This document shows positions 62,412 through 64,000 of a stretch of 64,000 bases of DNA, piece after piece; within the stretch, counting starts at the first letter, position 1; each line of letters starts with the position of its first letter. The DNA comes from Curvularia clavata (lineage: Eukaryota). The notes under the pieces are model-generated. The model saw only the letters and a program-made list of their open reading frames with translations. It was not told the DNA's origin and did no database searches. Location of the stretch: NCBI GenBank assembly GCA_023920165.1, contig CP089276.1, positions 2,790,001-2,854,000 of the forward strand, read 5' to 3'. Position numbers and translations under genes: made by a program.

Positions 62412-63437
62412 ATGAGCAAGCAGTACTTCATCAGCATGGGCCCCTTAGGCCACATCACCGAAGCAAAATGCCACATGACCATCCTGCGCGGCCACACCCA
62501 ATTCTCCATCACTGTTGAGTTCGCACGGATAAAAGGCACAAGCCTTGGCAAAACGCTCCTTCAAAATATGGAAATATGGAAAACGTGCCCTTGGACCAGA
62601 GCCAACGATATGCTGCTTTTTAGCCATATTTACCAACACTGTCTCCCTTTGATTGAAAAGCTAGCACCACAGATGACTCTTGAGGATCTCAGTCTGGAAT
62701 CCTTTCTCCACTCACCAACCTACAATCTAGCGCTTATTCAGGATGGCGTTGGCGACGAGATACACATCAAAGGCGAGGATGCGTGTCTTTACACACCCGC
62801 GTTCGCCATGACCCCCATGCACACCACCGATCTACCCCAACTATGCGACACCATCCCCTTCCTGCACGCCCGAGATATCCAAATTGCACAAATGATATCC
62901 GACGGCCAGCCCCTCGACACCCTCCAAGGAAAAGTCGTCACAATCGCCGGAGAAACCTTCTACTTCAAACCTTGCATCGACATGCGCGAGCAAGAGTTTG
63001 AGCGTGAACTCTGCATCTTATCACGTATTACTCAAACCGGGCTAGCTACTCGCCTCCATGTCCCCGCACTACGCGGTATCGTGGTATCGGGCGAGCACCA
63101 GCAGATAGCAATGGGCATACTGATAACGTATATCAGCGGCAGCCACCTGCGTACCCCGGCACTCCAGCGCAGATCAGATTTACATGCCAAATGGGAACAG
63201 CAAGTTTCGCATATTGTGAAGGAGCTGCATGCAAAAAGTATAGTATGGGGAGATGTGCACCCGATGAATATTGTTATCGACGAGGCGATGGATGCGTGGG
63301 CTGTGGATTTCGGAGGCAGGAACAATGTCGCGTTTGTAGATAATGAGAAGGCGGAGACGGAAGATAGGGATTGGCAAGGGGTAAGGAGGGTGTTCGGAGT
63401 GTGGTTGGCGGATCCGGAGATGTGGGAGACGATGTAG
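62412..63437 (+). CDS. Fungal protein-kinase-like fold protein
   Basis: FYFKP, FERELCIL, HVPALRGIV, LHAKSIVWGDVHPMNIVID and VDFGG (catalytic-loop and DFG equivalents). First ATG is 62412; the ORF-track start is a TTG. Confidence 0.85.
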   Translation: MSKQYFISMGPLGHITEAKCHMTILRGHTQFSITVEFARIKGTSLGKTLLQNMEIWKTCPWTRANDMLLFSHIYQHCLPLIEKLAPQMTLEDLSLESFLHSPTYNLALIQDGVGDEIHIKGEDACLYTPAFAMTPMHTTDLPQLCDTIPFLHARDIQIAQMISDGQPLDTLQGKVVTIAGETFYFKPCIDMREQEFERELCILSRITQTGLATRLHVPALRGIVVSGEHQQIAMGILITYISGSHLRTPALQRRSDLHAKWEQQVSHIVKELHAKSIVWGDVHPMNIVIDEAMDAWAVDFGGRNNVAFVDNEKAETEDRDWQGVRRVFGVWLADPEMWETM

Positions 63438-64000
63438 TGGCTTGAGGAGTTTGGGGGGAGAAGGAGGTGTAGTGTGGTGTGTCTTTGTAGATGCAGACCG
63501 AGTGTTTGTTCAGTTAGGCGGTCATTCGCTGGATTCTTTCTAGCGGTCTTATACTCGTTCACAATGTTGATATCCTGTCATCTTCGACAAACATCTATTC
63601 GATTAAAGCAGCATGCGCCTTCTCGTAAAATACATTCTTCACTTTTAGCCTTGCTAGATAAGGCACTGTAGGAAAAAAAATGGTGCGAGTACACGAGATT
63701 TGGACTCAAAAGTTCAATGGCCATATGCATACAGCTGCAAAACTGCTCCGTCACTACTTCCCAATATATGTTACAAGTCGTTACATCACACACAGAATCA
63801 GATGACATCATGACAGCCTGACAATGCTCTAGGCACAGCCAGTTCCTTTCATTCTTCCCGATGGTAATTGCAGTCTTCTGTCATGCAGCCCATGTCCGAC
63901 CAAACCTATCATAACTGTACAGCCCTCCCTTAGAGTCCCAGGTTCCCTACATCTGACCTGCCATTGCAGGGCTGCCGTGGCGTTGATCAAGGTGATCATA

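Overview
Eukaryotic, intron-containing DNA from a filamentous ascomycete (GT-AG introns with CTRAC branch points; a Dothideomycete/Pleosporales origin is my impression only). I can support about 21 protein-coding genes. Housekeeping genes: SMC2 (5'-truncated), an HD-domain nucleotidase, augmin HAUS6, a GT90/CAP10-like glycosyltransferase, a FucP-like MFS transporter, a beta-hydroxyacid dehydrogenase, ARG2, cyclophilin A, CYS4, SRP receptor beta and an NDT80/PhoG transcription factor. There are also several uncharacterised proteins. The best candidate for an undescribed system is a five-gene block at 33.9-43.6 kb (P450 with an atypical I-helix, FAD monooxygenase, membrane-anchored NTF2/SnoaL-like protein, NmrA-like protein, DUF1772 oxygenase) with no PKS, NRPS or terpene synthase in the window. 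Reading the DNA by hand also showed a 5-nt micro-exon behind a GC-AG intron, an apparent 1-nt frameshift in the same gene, a four-exon NDT80 gene with long introns and an 8.7 kb gene-poor upstream region, and two promoter-associated small ORFs missed by the ORF track. I found no rRNA, tRNA, CRISPR array or recognisable transposon. Splice sites and family calls were made by eye, without database searches.
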